Shown piece by piece: positions 21,676 to 34,843 of a stretch of 35,456 bases of DNA; within the stretch, counting starts at the first letter, position 1; the number at the start of each line of letters is the position of its first letter. Both the position numbers and the translations under genes were made by a program. The stretch comes from Squatina squatina (taxonomy: Eukaryota): contig JARFOE010000016.1 in assembly GCA_031763465.1 (NCBI GenBank), forward strand, positions 4,431,059 to 4,466,514, in the 5' to 3' direction. The notes beneath the pieces were generated by a model that was not told where the DNA came from, did no database searches, and was given only the letters and a program-made list of their open reading frames with translations.

Positions 21676-23872
21676 NNNNNNNNNNNNNNNNNNNNNNNNN
21701 NNNNNNNNNNNNNNNNNNNNNNNNNNNNNNNNNNNNNNNNNNNNNNNNNNNNNNNNNNNNNNNNNNNNNNNNNNNTCTTCAACCTGCCACTGTGCCTTGC
21801 TGTGGTTTAGATTTGCCTGTCTGAGGAGGCCAGACTCTGCAAATTCACTCATACATGGCAGTTTTATAATGAGGTGATACTTCATTCTCTGAACTAGTGG
21901 ACTAGAACTGCACAAACAGATGTGGGCCTATGGCATTATTCTGTATGCAGCAAACATTAGAAAACTATTTTTTCCCCATAGAGCAGAATAAAGTTGATAA
22001 AAATTCTTAGTAATAAATTAGTTTCCATTAAGATTTGATTATCCTCTAGCTCTAAACACAATTAGGAATTCATGATGACAAATTGTCATTGTTCACAGAA
22101 CTACTATGATAGTTCATCCACTAAGCCAGGAAAAGCTGCAATATAACAGTAAGGCCTGTTTTTATATTATTGTATACATCAGTATAATCTTTGTACGGAC
22201 TAAACCGAAATTGCCTTTGTGCCAGAAATAGCAAATTGATTTGTGGGGAGGGGGAAATCAAAGTTGCCATTATTTAATTGCACTGAATGAAGGCTAACCT
22301 CAGCTGGGTAAGTTAAGATACATTTCTCTCTCTTGTGTCTATATTATATAGAGTACAAATTTCTGTTCACTTAATTTAAAGTCCTGTGGGAAACAAGTAA
22401 TTCTTCCTTTGATAAATATGTGTATTTTTAAAATAACTTTCTTATTACCCTTCCTCCAATAAAAAAGTACTGAAGTTGGTAAACTAAGTCTTTTGTAGCA
22501 ATTTCAAATGTAAAAAAATAATGCTTTAGTATTACCTGATCTTACCACAAAAACTGCACCATAATGCCAAATACTAGCTCTGCTATATTTAAAAAAAAAA
22601 CTAACAAAGATTTGTTTGCATTGTACACTGCAAATTATGGTTTGTTCCAGGGCAACAAATATTGTTGACTATCTGTGTTCTGTTATAAATCTATAGAGCA
22701 ATAGATAACTAGCTCTGAGATACAAGACAGTAATTGAATTGAGGGGTTCTAATGGCATCGNNNNNNNNNNNNNNNNNNNNNNNNNNNNNNNNNNNNNNNN
22801 NNNNNNNNNNNNNNNNNNNNNNNNNNNNNNNNNNNNNNNNNNNNNNNNNNNNNNNNNNNNGTAAAAAGAAACACTTCACTTCACTGATAGTTCTGCTTTT
22901 AAGTGCTTCAGTATGTGTAACAGTACAATTTTGCTGTTGGATATTTGAGACTTTTTGTTGTTGAAGAATGAAGCCAATTATTTGTTCTACTTATTTTTGA
23001 TCCTTTAAATTAAGTGCACAAAAGAGAACTGCCATAAAATTCTCCTTTTGATTTTTTGGTGAGCAATTTTTGTATTGTCTCCTCTTGCTTTTCAAAATAT
23101 CTTCCAAACTATTCATACTCCTGTAGATAAGAGAACNNNNNNNNNNACAGCCTGTGATCAGGACTCTGCCAATTCCATTGTAATTGGCCCAGTGGCTGTC
23201 CCTCTACTGTTCCTCAGTCCCTGTGGAGAAGTGCCTCAACTCTATAATTCCCCTGGACATTTTGGCCAAGATTAACAATTTCTCTTGTCGGGAATTGTCA
23301 GCATCACTGAGCCATCTATCTTGTGTTGTTTAAACCTTAGCAACATGGAGAAAAGTGCAATGGTTGGGTGGACAGGTACTTCTGATATTTGGAACAATAC
23401 TGATCACACATAAAAATATCCCTCTTTCCAATTTTCCTCCTTTAAGTCCTTCTATTCTTTCCTGCCGCAGCCACAGTGAATAGAGTAGAACAATCCAGAT
23501 TGTGGACCTCGATGGCCACTCTTGATACTGCTGTGTGATTGATGGATGAGAATTTGTTCTGTCAGCAGTTTATTCTGTAGGATCATCAATTCTGTATATT
23601 TGACTTGTCTCCTGGATTTTACAACCACATTGCTAGCCATGTGAATAGTGTGACTCTATGCAACATGCCTGCATCAATTCAAATTCTGGAGCTGAATTAC
23701 AGCACTGGGTTCCATACATGATGCTTTCAACAGTCGTCCAACATCACACTTAACATTGCCGCAGCTTGAATTCAAAATGGCACATATAACCAAAGGTTTT
23801 TGTGGAGTTTGTAAAATTACCACATTTTTTTAAAAACACACACACATGAACTTTGACAGTGGGCGGTTTTTA

Positions 23873-23972
23873 AAGAAAGAAAGACTTCTATTTATATGGC
23901 ACCTTTCACGACTACCGGACCTCCCAAATACAGGTAATGAAGTATTTTTGAAGTGTAGTCACTTTTGTAGTC
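23873..23972 (-). repeat. Deu-SINE 3' tail fragment
   Basis: aagaaagaaagacttctatttatatggcacctttcacgac...tttttgaagtgtagtcac is the reverse complement of the tail at about 33420-33520. Confidence 0.7.
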
Positions 23973-24097
23973 AGGTTTAGACATGAAGAATAAAAGATGG
24001 TTTAGTTCTGTCTGACTAGAAACATTTTATTTTCCCTAGTACCTGCTAGGAAGAATAGTGTTAAACACATGAATTAATTTCCTTTTGTTTTTTACAG

Positions 24098-24214
24098 AAA
24101 TATAAAGAGCATGAAAAATCTGTCACTGTTGAGGAAATAGATGGCCTCCAGCTTGTCAAAAAACTGGCAAAGGATATGGAACAAATGTTTCATAATAAAG
24201 CTGAAGCAGTAAGA
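24098..24214 (+). CDS. CACNA2D3: Voltage-gated calcium channel alpha2delta-3 subunit, coding exon 3
   Basis: 117 nt, ttttttacag|...|gtaagt, phase 0/0. Reads KYKEHEKSVTVEEIDGLQLVKKLAKDMEQMFHNKAEAVR, versus recalled human KYKEYEKDVAIEEIDGLQLVKKLAKNMEEMFHKKSEAVR. In frame with 15342. Confidence 0.97.
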
Positions 24215-24966
24215 GTAAGTACATCCATAAGATTGTTGGGACAAATTTTTTGACAATGTGCATTGTAACAGAACCCTGTTTGCGTTTCAGTTTGCATCAT
24301 ATAGATATTTTCAATCATGAAAACCTTCAAAGGCAACATTCTGAAACAATTACTTGTTAAAGACAACCTTGTCCTAGTTGCAAGAGCATGCAAAGATACC
24401 ACACTGTAGCAGTACACTGTTCATATGATTAGTGAGCATTGAATCTGCATCCCACTGATAAGAATGTAATCCCTCTACTCGGAATTACCTACAAGCTGCA
24501 TCAAGACGTGCAAAATATTAATTCTGTAAGGCCATTATTGCACATTCTAACCTAATCAATTATATGCATTGCATATAACTCATTCATGAGACCTGGCAGT
24601 AAAGCTTTTCATTTTCTGGTGAGATGCATGAGGGGAAGTAGGAGTGGGAACACATTGCAACCCTACTAAATCTATTCCTAGTAGCTTAGAGTAACTACTT
24701 GTAATATGTGCTTGCAGTTGGCTNNNNNNNNNNTTATTACTTTGCAACTGTAATTGTAGGTTGCCATGTCTTGGTGAAAACTCCTGCACTGAACAAAAAG
24801 GCAGGTAATGCTTTTACTGTGACCTGCAATGATTTGATGCCATACTTATACTTAGCTTACTTCTGTTTCAAACACTTCAGTTTTGCTCAAAAGTTATACT
24901 TGGTACACACTTGGGCACTTCAGCTACTATTTCTATGCATAACACATGTATTTGCTGAAAGTTATA

Positions 24967-25480
24967 GGCCCATAAATTGAGTACTGTCCCATTTGGGGCA
25001 ATAACAGCTGTGAGGTAGGGGTTCCTGCGCCAGGCGCTGAAGTCCCGTCCCATGACCTGTATTTGGGTTACCGCCCCCAAGAGCAAGTGGAACGCAAAAT
25101 ATCGTGTTCCGCTTGCTCAGTGGGGCAGGAGCGGTGCGGAAAGACTCCATGAAGGGCGCAGTGCTACGCATTGGGACACATAGTGCTGCCGTGTATACAG
25201 GGCCTTCCCCTTCATTAAAGGGAGGGCCAAGCTGTCGACTCTTCAGGCAGGAAACGGGGCTGTCCCTGGACCACCAGGGAGCGGGGTGCCGTGGCAGCAG
25301 CCCGGTACACAAGCTGAGTGCTGGGCTTCAAGATTGCGGCATGGACCCCGCGACCAAGGGCGAAGAAAGTCGCAACTGGTAAGTTAGCCATTTTGTTTTA
25401 CATTCCCCACCTACCTTTGATTATCACACCATGAACGGCCTACAGCCCGGTACGCGCCCCTTGAAGCTGCCACAGGCACT
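24967..25480. mobile_element. GC-rich non-autonomous DNA transposon-like insertion
   Basis: Abrupt switch from AT-rich to CpG-rich sequence beginning ggcccataaattg. Runs into a gap. The ORFs over it have no recognisable motif. Confidence 0.5.
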
Positions 25481-26338
25481 NNNNNNNNNNNNNNNNNNNN
25501 NNNNNNNNNNNNNNNNNNNNNNNNNNNNNNNNNNNNNNNNNNNNNNNNNNNNNNNNNNNNNNNNNNNNNNNNNNNNNNNNTTGTTATTTTTTTGCTGGAA
25601 TATTCCAGAGGGTCTGAAAACAAAAGCAGTAAGTTATTACCACACCAATTCAACTGTTTATTTGGACATAAGATATTACACCCAATTCCACAGCAATATT
25701 GCTGATTAAACATTTGTCTGTATCTTCTCAGTGCTATTTCAGGTGGTTAACTGATTCCTACATGTTGTTCACCGCTGATTCAGAGAGAATTAGTGCTTCC
25801 CCTTTTCACTGGCTGTCCTGATGTGCAGAGATACGGTCCACATCCTAGTCCACACACTCAAAACAGCAAACTCTATGTAAATCAGCAGGCTTTATTACTG
25901 CCAAAACCTTTTAGTAACCCACAATTAACCTCGCATGAACAACAATTTCTAGGCTTGATGTCTCTGGTGTTAATACCTTCCTCAATACACCAGATTAATG
26001 CCAACAAAATGTGTTTTGCTGCAATGAGAAAGCAGTTCCTTGAAACAGAAAGAATCAATCTGAAATGGATGTTCAAAATATAAAACATGAACAAGGAAAA
26101 GTGTACAGGAATAGATTTGTCATTTTGCTAGAAACCATTTCTGTAATGCATCTCTCCAGGGTAGTACATAGAACAATAAGTACCTCCTGAGTTGCAACAA
26201 AATAGTAGGTAAATAAATTCAAAAACTCAACTGAATTGNNNNNNNNNNNNNNNNNNNNNNNNNNNNNNNNNNNNNNNNNNNNNNNNNNNNNNNNNNNNNN
26301 NNNNNNNNNNNNNNNNNNNNNNNNNNNNNNNNNNNNNN

Positions 26339-27264
26339 CCTCAGGAAAAGATGGTTTCCACCGAAGGATTTTAGAGTAAGTAGGGAAGGGAGTTGCGGAT
26401 GCTTTAGCCATAATCTTCCAAAGTTCTCGATTCAGAAATTGTCATTTTAAATGCAAAAATTGAAAATGTGACTCCATTATTTAAGAAAGATGAGAGAGGA
26501 ACCAGGGAATTACAGACCTGTTAGTCTAACATCTGTTGTGAGGAAGATTTTGGAATCTATAATTAAGGACAGAGCGACTGAGCACTTAGAGAAATCTGAG
26601 CTAATTAGAGCGAGCCAACATGGATTTGTAAAAGGTAGATCATGTCTAACAAACTTAATTGAATTTTTTGAGGAAGTCACTGAAGTAGTAGACAGGGATA
26701 TAGTCTATATGGACTTCCAGAAGGCATTCAGTAAGGTTCCACGTAAGAGACAGTTACCTAAAATTAAAGCTCATGGAACTGAAGGCAATGATTGACCTGG
26801 TTAGGAGATTAGTTAGGGAGTAGAAGACAGAGTGTAGGGATAAAGGGTATGTGCTCAAGTTGGAAGGAAGTGACTAGTCTTGCCCCACACTGGGGCCTCA
26901 ACTATTCACTTTATTTATTAATGACTTAGATAACACAATAGGGAGCTACATATCCAAATTCACAATGACACAAAGATTGGTGGTATAGCAAGTAGTGTAG
27001 ATGGGAGCATAAAATTACAAAGACACATTGCTAGATTAAGTGAGTGGGCAAAACTGTGGCAGATGGACTTCAAACAGGCAATTGTGAGGTCATCCATTCT
27101 GGACCAAAAAAGGATAGATCCAAGTATTACTTAAATGTAAAAAGATAGGAACATTAGAGGTCCGAAGAGATTTTGGGATCCATGTACATAGATCACTAAA
27201 ATGTAACAGTCAGGTACAAAAACAATCAAAACTGCTAAAGGAATGTTAGCCTTTATAACTAGAG
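26339..27264 (+). mobile_element. CR1 LINE reverse transcriptase region, decayed
   Basis: PGNYRPVSLTSVVRKILESIIKD...SQHGFVKGRSCLTNLIEFFEEVT...YMDFQKAF. The PQG and FADD motifs are broken by small deletions. Confidence 0.93.
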
Positions 27265-27364
27265 NNNNNNNNNNNNNNNNNNNNNNNNNNNNNNNNNNNN
27301 NNNNNNNNNNNNNNNNNNNNNNNNNNNNNNNNNNNNNNNNNNNNNNNNNNNNNNNNNNNNNNNN

Positions 27365-27638
27365 CAAGGGCAGCAGGCACCTGGGAACACCATCACCTGT
27401 AGGTTCCCCTCCAAGTTACACACCATCCTGACTTGGAAATATATTGCCGTTCCTTCATTGTCACTTGGTCAAAATCCTGGAACTCGCTCTCTAACAGCAC
27501 TATGGAAGTACCTTCACCACAAGGACTGCAGCGATTCAAGAAGGCGGCTCACCAGCACCTTCTCAAGGGCAATTAGGGATGGACAATAAATGCTGGCCTT
27601 GCCAGCGACGCTCACTTCCCAGAATGAATTAAAAAAAA
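27365..27638 (+). mobile_element. LINE (CR1/L2-group) 3' end
   Basis: ORF2 end motif SWNSLSNS and FKKAAH.HL, followed by caagggcaattagggatggacaataaatgctggcc and an A-rich tail. Confidence 0.75.
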
Positions 27639-29039
27639 TATGAATTACCACCACCAGCTCCTCTCTTGCTGTCAGTCCAAGCCAATATATTCTCTTCAAT
27701 ACCTACTCCTTAACTTTATTCTTAAAATAAAAATAACTATCTACGATCTACCCATCACTATTGCATCTACTACTACTGTAATCTTCCATTTTCCTCACTA
27801 TAGCCTTTTCTCTTTTTCCAACAAGCTTTTCTGTTTATCAATTTTTCATCCCTTTTTCTGAGTAACCCCCCCCATGTTAACCAGTGTCTGGAACCTACTT
27901 GATACTGTTATTTTCTGTTCTTGCTTTTCTTACAGTCTCTTTTTACTGTAACCCAATCACTGCCTCTTCTGTTAGCTTCACCACCCTCTCTTCCAGCTGG
28001 TCCCTGTGCTCCACTGTCTTTCTTACTGAGTCTAATACCAGACATGTGAACCTTTCACATGCAGAAATCCCCATGACCATATGAACCCTACTCTCCAAAC
28101 CCATGATTAACTCTTTCAGGTAACTGATTGGTAAACAATATTCATAATAGTAGACCTAGATGAACTTCTCAGTTCTAATGACTGTAAACATATGTTACAA
28201 GGAAACCATTGCTGTAATTTCACCTCATCCCCTTATGCAATGAAGCCCTGACCTAAAAGTATTTATGGACTGTTCACGACATTAAAATGTCCTTTAAATA
28301 ACTTAATATTTTACTTAACTTAAATACAAATTTAATTGCCATTTAAAGATATATCTGGGTTAAGTTTCACGGCAAAGATATCTCTCATTTTGCAGGATAA
28401 ATGTAATTAAAAAAAAACTTTTGGCAGTTACCCAATTGCTTCACCACTTCCTGGGAGACTGAGAGAAATGAAATGTTGTTCATTGTGAAGAACAGCTGCA
28501 TTGTGAACCATTGCACTGAATGTGCAATTCAATTGTTGTACTTAGTGAGCCTCGTACTGAGATAAAATTGAATATCCATTATATTCATTGGGAACACAAT
28601 GGATCCGTACTGCAAATTATCATAATGCTTTTTGCTAACAAAGGTAAAGGTATTCTTCCACACAAGTCAGGACTATGACATGAAAATATATGTGCATATG
28701 AGATAGCATAATACTGTGATATTTGCAGATTTAGGCCCAATTCATAAACTGAGCCATTTACAAAACAAATTCAGAAATTAGAAAAAGAATTATGTTAACA
28801 TATCAACAAAAGCCTTGCGAATAGAAAATGTACTTGAATTTCAATTTTGCATTACTATTATTTTCTGTGTTTAGCATTCTTTTCTTTGCTTGCGGTAGGA
28901 TTCCTTGTAATGTGTTAAATTGTAAGTATTAATTACAAGTAAAGGAAGTATTAGCTAAGTGACAGCAGGCTTCGGGTTTCAAAGGCTGTAAATTGTAGAT
29001 GGAATTGGAGGTTGAGTTTTGAGATTCTGGGAAAGAATG

Positions 29040-29450
29040 AATGAAAGTGGAAGACAGTGATGGGTCTTTATTTCAGAACACTGAGGTTAGATGATCAGTG
29101 AAGAATGCAATTGATATGGAGAAGGAACAGAGTGGGAGAAAGTACAGGGTCTTGGCGAACCCCTGAATTAATGAAAAAGACAGAAGAGGAGGCAAAAAAT
29201 ACAACAAAAAGAACAATTTGAGAGAGAAGTAGAAACGGTGAATATATCTTTGTTGGAAGATCTTATGATGGTAAATTGTTTCAATGATTACAGCAGAAAT
29301 CCTGTCAATTGCTTTGAAAGTATCCAATGCATTGACAAGTTAATTACCAAATTGTTCAAGAATAATGTTCCAGAGATATGTAACAATAGACAAGAAGATT
29401 GTCAATAGAAGGGCCATGCCAAACATCACTTAATGGACGTGGGGTAGGTT
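29040..29450 (-). mobile_element. Very old LINE RT fragment
   Basis: Reverse strand SGVRQDPVLSPTLFLLHIN (compare SGVPQGSVLSPTLFL.YIN) at about 29105-29166, and DVWHG at about 29412-29428. Confidence 0.55.
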
Positions 29451-30394
29451 AGAAATTATAAGGTGATGAATACTTTGAGAATCAATAACAACTTCATAAC
29501 TTCGGGCACACTGCACCTGTCCAATGCTAAGGAAGGAAGATTGGCACCTTAATTAAAAAATCCAAGTCTTATGCCTACATACTTCATGTCAACTTGTTCC
29601 ATTATACATTCCTATGTCCATGCTCATAACTGAAACTCCTAATTACACCCTCCTACCAGTGGTGGTGCTGCAGCGTCTCAGTTGGTCATCTGCCAGTTCC
29701 TCAGCCGATGCAGCAGAGAAACCTTTATGCTCTAAACAAGTCTACTTTTCCACCTCCCAACTATAAATAATGTAAACACAACGTATTATTTCAANNNNNN
29801 NNNNNNNNNNNNNNNNNNNNNNNNNNNNNNNNNNNNNNNNNNNNNNNNNNNNNNNNNNNNNNNNNNNNNNNNNNNNNNNNNNNNNNNNNNNNNNCTGCAG
29901 CTGATATAATTCCCTGGAGCAGCTTGGTCAGACTGATCCCGATTGACCCTGCTGTAGTTGCTATCTAATGCTAGCTCCTGGTTTTAAAATTTGCATGAAG
30001 ACAGACCTGTCTTCTATCTTTACATGTCTTTTTGATGTGCAAATACTGTTCCTGACATTGCACATGACAATGTGACGCGCTTATCTGTAGAAAGCGATCT
30101 TGGCTACAAAAATAATGAAGCATGGTTTTTCTTGATGCCATCCTGCTAGGCACTGAAGCAATTGCCACTTCCTGATCAAATAGATAAGTGAATGTGAGCA
30201 GGGAACATTCGTAGGAATGGTCTAACATGATGCTCACGTTAAGCCACATTCTGCAATGACTTTTGTACCCAGGGAGAAAACACCAGTGAGCTCTGTGATA
30301 ATTGTTTGGTTAAATGTTTGACACAGAAGAAAATACAGGGCTGTGAGGAGAGAGCAGGTAGTCAGAGCTTCTGTCAGCAAAGATTCACGCACTT

Positions 30395-30920
30395 TTTTGT
30401 ACAGAGGTAGGCTATTTGGCTTACTGTGTGGCAGTTGCTAGCTCCCTCTCCAGAAGTGCCTACTCTAATCTCAATCTCCCTGCTCTTACCTTTTATCCTC
30501 CAATGTATTGTTTCATCTGATTCTCTCATAAATGTAGTGATTGAATTGATTCAATAGCTGCTAAAGGCATTACATGTCCTCATAATCTTGAAAAAAAAAT
30601 CCTTCCAACCACTCCCTTTATACTTTTAGTTCTGCTCCTGAGTTTATTCCCCTTGATATCAATTCATTGACCCATGGAAATAATCTTTCACTGTTTATCC
30701 TCTCAAAAATATCATTCTTTCAAATAACTCATTAAATTCCCCCTTAATCTTCTCTGTACCAATGGAAAAGGCCCAATTTTTAAGACTTTCTTCAGAGCTA
30801 TATCCTGTAATTCCTGATATTATTCTCATGAACTTTTGCGGTGCTTTTTCCAATAGTCCGAATATCGTTTCTATTTGGGATGGCGAAAACTCGATGCAAC
30901 GGTGTCCTAACGCATGTCAT
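30395..30920 (-). mobile_element. Old CR1 LINE 3' portion
   Basis: Colinear but diverged match to 34844-35456 (gaggtaggctattt..., aaattcccccttaatcttctctg). Confidence 0.6.
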
Positions 30921-33172
30921 ATAGACAGTTATTTACTACTTTTTTTCTGTAAAGTCATGTTGGTCTACCAATGTGCAAAAACATCAGAATTGAATGCCAG
31001 ATCTAATTAATGGTAGCCATTCTGCACCGCATCAGCTTGCAACTGGAACAATTCCACATTTTATATTCAGTGAGCCTGAAATTCCATGCGTGGGAGAGNN
31101 NNNNNNNNNNNNNNNNNNNNNNNNNNNNNNNNNNNNNNNNNNNNNNNNNNNNNNNNNNNNNNNNNNNNNNNNNNNNNNNNNNNNNNNNNNNNNNNNNNGA
31201 GGAATAGCAGACAACTGGCTACCAATTCCTGTTAATGTCTGTATTTAATTGGCTGCTACATGGTACACAAGAATGATGTGGGGTATTTACTGTCCATTTT
31301 TCAGTATACATAGCCAAATTCATGAACTTATGCATACCACTTTACTGCACATTGTAATGGAGTACTTACAATTTTGTTTAATTAATGTAATATCATCTAT
31401 ATCTTATGATATTTCACCAAATAAGAAAACTAATCTTATTATGTAATCTGAGCAAATATTATGGTCATTGACTGTAAATGTCATGAAATTTTACCATAAC
31501 TTCCTCATTTTAATAGTATATGATTCTTGAGTACTGGATGCTTGCAGTACTGTTTTAGTTTGGTAAGTGACTGCAGCTTAAAATGGAAAAAACAAAACTT
31601 TTTCACCTTAAATGTCCACATTTATAGGTGAGTCATACTTAAAATAGCCATGGCCTTTAATCACTACTGATTAATTGAACTGATAGATGGGTTGTCGTCT
31701 TGGTAATTGATGACTCTATTCTTGAAGTACATGAGGTGCGACTAATGCTGCAGCACAAGGTTAAGGTAATGTGGCTACAACTGATGAAGGTTACCTGAGC
31801 TCAAGTCAGCTTGAAAATCTCTTCACAGTGCAAGAATGGAAATGACCTGCTACTGATTACATCTTTGGTTGAAATATTTTGATAAATGATAGTCTGAATT
31901 TCTGTTCTCATGTGGACACGTACACATTCTTGCAGGGAATACATTCTTCAATCGAATCCTTTATGCATGATATTTACAAGTGAATCTTACTTAGTAGGTG
32001 CTTGGAAACATAATGATGTATGAAAAACAAGATAAAAGTGCTTTCAAGTTGCCAGGTACCATGAGCAGCAGTTTTTTTTCACTGGGTTATAGACAATCAA
32101 TAATAACATCACTGCTGCTTCCACTCATTCTGTAACATCCTCTTTCAATGAAAACGAGATGAGATNNNNNNNNNNNNNNNNNNNNNNNNNNNNNNNNNNN
32201 NNNNNNNNNNNNNNNNNNNNNNNNNNNNNNNNNNNNNNNNNNNNNNNNNNNNNNNNNNNNNNNNNACTATTCCACAATAGATCTTAAAGGGTTAATCGCT
32301 TTTTAAGGATCACTGATTGACAAGCCATGCTTTTAACTTTAACATTATATCAACTGTCTCTCTCCATTATCCTGGGTTAGTGACTGTTACTTGTGACAGG
32401 ATATATTGCAAGTAACATTCTGCAAAAATGGTCCCCGAAGAGAAGCTTATAAGATTAGGAAGTGCTTATTTGTCTGTGGAACAAAATGAACTGTCAGCAC
32501 TGACTGACTTGCCAGTAAGTGATTTTTCTGCTAAAATGAAATCCAGGGGTATAAAGGAAAAACTCTCTTCATTTTTNNNNNNNNNNTTTTATAACAATCT
32601 TGCAAATGTAGAAAATTCCTTAGCTCAGTTTATATCAAAAATGCTGATTTATCAATAAGTGACAATTGTGGTTTGATCTTCATAATGCTTACAGATAGTG
32701 TCTTCAGTGTGCAAGTTTAATTTAATAGCAAAACAAAGGCTCAGTATCTTAAAATTCCAATTTCGGGGTCAATAATTTAAATACCATGCACTTTTTGCTC
32801 CTGCTGAAGTTGGGCTTTACCCCCATGAAGTCCAGTGTTCTGCGCATGTCTGTTCTTTGTTTGGTTTTTGTGTGAAGATCAGCTTGCAATAGGACACACA
32901 GGTCCAATGAAATTGGTCTTGGGCTGTACTGCAAAACGGTAAGAGAGAATCGGCAACCCGTTTTACACCCAAGTGCCCAAAATTCCACGAGGCCTGCTAT
33001 ATCGACAGAAGTATGGTGCAGTGGAACTTCCAGTCGCCCATGAAGCCTGCCATAATCTCCATCCCAAATTGTNNNNNNNNNNNNNNNNNNNNNNNNNNNN
33101 NNNNNNNNNNNNNNNNNNNNNNNNNNNNNNNNNNNNNNNNNNNNNNNNNNNNNNNNNNNNNNNNNNNNNNNN

Positions 33173-33522
33173 AAAATCTAAGCAGACACCCCAGTTTAGT
33201 ATTGAGGGTGTGCTGCACTGTTGGAGGTGCCGTTGTGCGTATGAGATGTTAAACCAAAGCCCCGTCTTCCCTCTCAGGTGGACGTAAACAATCCCATAGC
33301 ACTATTTGAAGACGAGCAAGTAAGTTCTCCTTTGTGTCCTGGCCAATATTTATCCCTCAACCAAAAAACAGGATCTCGTCAGGATTTGGGACTTTGCTAT
33401 GTGCAAATTGGCATTTCTTACATTGACTACACTTCAATTCAAAAGTACTTAATTGGCTGTAAAGCGCTTTAGGACATCTGATGGTCATGAAAGAGCTATA
33501 TAAATGCAAGTCCTTCTTTCTG
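33173..33522 (+). mobile_element. Deu-domain SINE (SacSINE1/AmnSINE1-like), head lost in gap
   Basis: gtgctgcactgttggaggtgcc...ctcaggtggacgtaaa...gtgtcctggccaatatttatccctcaacc...aaagcgctttaggac...tatataaatgcaagtc. Confidence 0.85.
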
Positions 33523-34843
33523 TTTTCTTGCTGGAACTGAAACAAGCTGGAGTTGGCAATCATCAACCAAGCATCTTAATCTCTTTACATTTCAGTTGAC
33601 ATATTTTCCGTCCTCATTTGCATTGCTTGTTCTTTTCTCTTATGTTCATTGTTTCTTTTCTTCGGGCATATATTTTGGGTTTTTTTGGCAACCCATTTTT
33701 CATTTCTTTCGTTTTTTTAAAGATATCATCTGGTAAATTTATTTATTTAAAATTAGAAATAATGTAAAGCTACATAACACCATTAAGCTGCAGGACAATT
33801 CAGGTAATGATGTCTTCAGTACTCACAAAACTACTCAAAATATTAACAAAAAAGGCAAGCAAATGGATTCAAACTTAATTTTAATGCTTTTCAGCACTTT
33901 ATTTCATAAAAGGGATCCTGAGATAAATTTCAGCTCTGCCTTCAGTGCCAGGTAATTTGTACAGTTGAAAATATGCATAATTTTGCTCCCTCCACCAAAC
34001 TGAACAGTGGCTGAATTTTAGGACAGGTATAGTATCTCCAGCAAACAAATTCAATTTAATGCTTCAGTGCTCATGCCAGATGTAGTCACTTTATAACTAT
34101 GCACAGAAGATGATTTGTTCAAAAATGGAAGCTCAAGTACAAATTTAATAGTNNNNNNNNNNNNNNNNNNNNNNNNNNNNNNNNNNNNNNNNNNNNNNNN
34201 NNNNNNNNNNNNNNNNNNNNNNNNNNNNNNNNNNNNNNNNNNNNNNNNNNNNNNNNNNNNNNNNNNNNNNNNNNNNNNNNNNNNNNNNNNNNNNNNNNNN
34301 NNNNNNNNNNNNNNNNNNNNNNNNNNNNNNNNNNNNNNNNNNNNNNNNNNNNNNNNNNNNNNNNNNNNNNNNNNNNNATTAGGACCAACTCTATTTACTG
34401 GTGTGCTGCTTGAATGTATTTTCAATTGTTTTTGACAGTGCAGCTTATTCTCCACAGATATGATGGAATATATTGCATTTTAACAGTGATAATGTTAATG
34501 CCTTACATTCAGTGAACACTAGGATTTTGCAGTTAGCAGGGATCTGTGTGAAGGGTGGTTTCATGGCTAATATAGTGCTATAATTTGTTGTATATAGCTC
34601 ACATTCAATCAGAGGTCAATAGTACAGTTTTCTGAACTGATCCCTCTATCTTCTATGGCCACAGCTAACTTTACACAATATCTCGACTCAATACTATTTA
34701 TTTTCTCCATTCTCATCAATTTTCTCTCCACCATTCCTTTCCTAGAAGAATTGACTCCAAACACCCTGGAGTGCCACACTCGAGTGAACCTTATCCATGA
34801 GGCTGATTATTTGACAGCAGTCCAATTCTGACCTCCCCCACTG

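Noticed and set aside
24962-25382. Overlapping GC-rich ORFs with a gtaagt donor at about 25379
   Set aside because: They lie in a CpG-rich repeat where stop codons are rare. No protein motif and no good acceptor.
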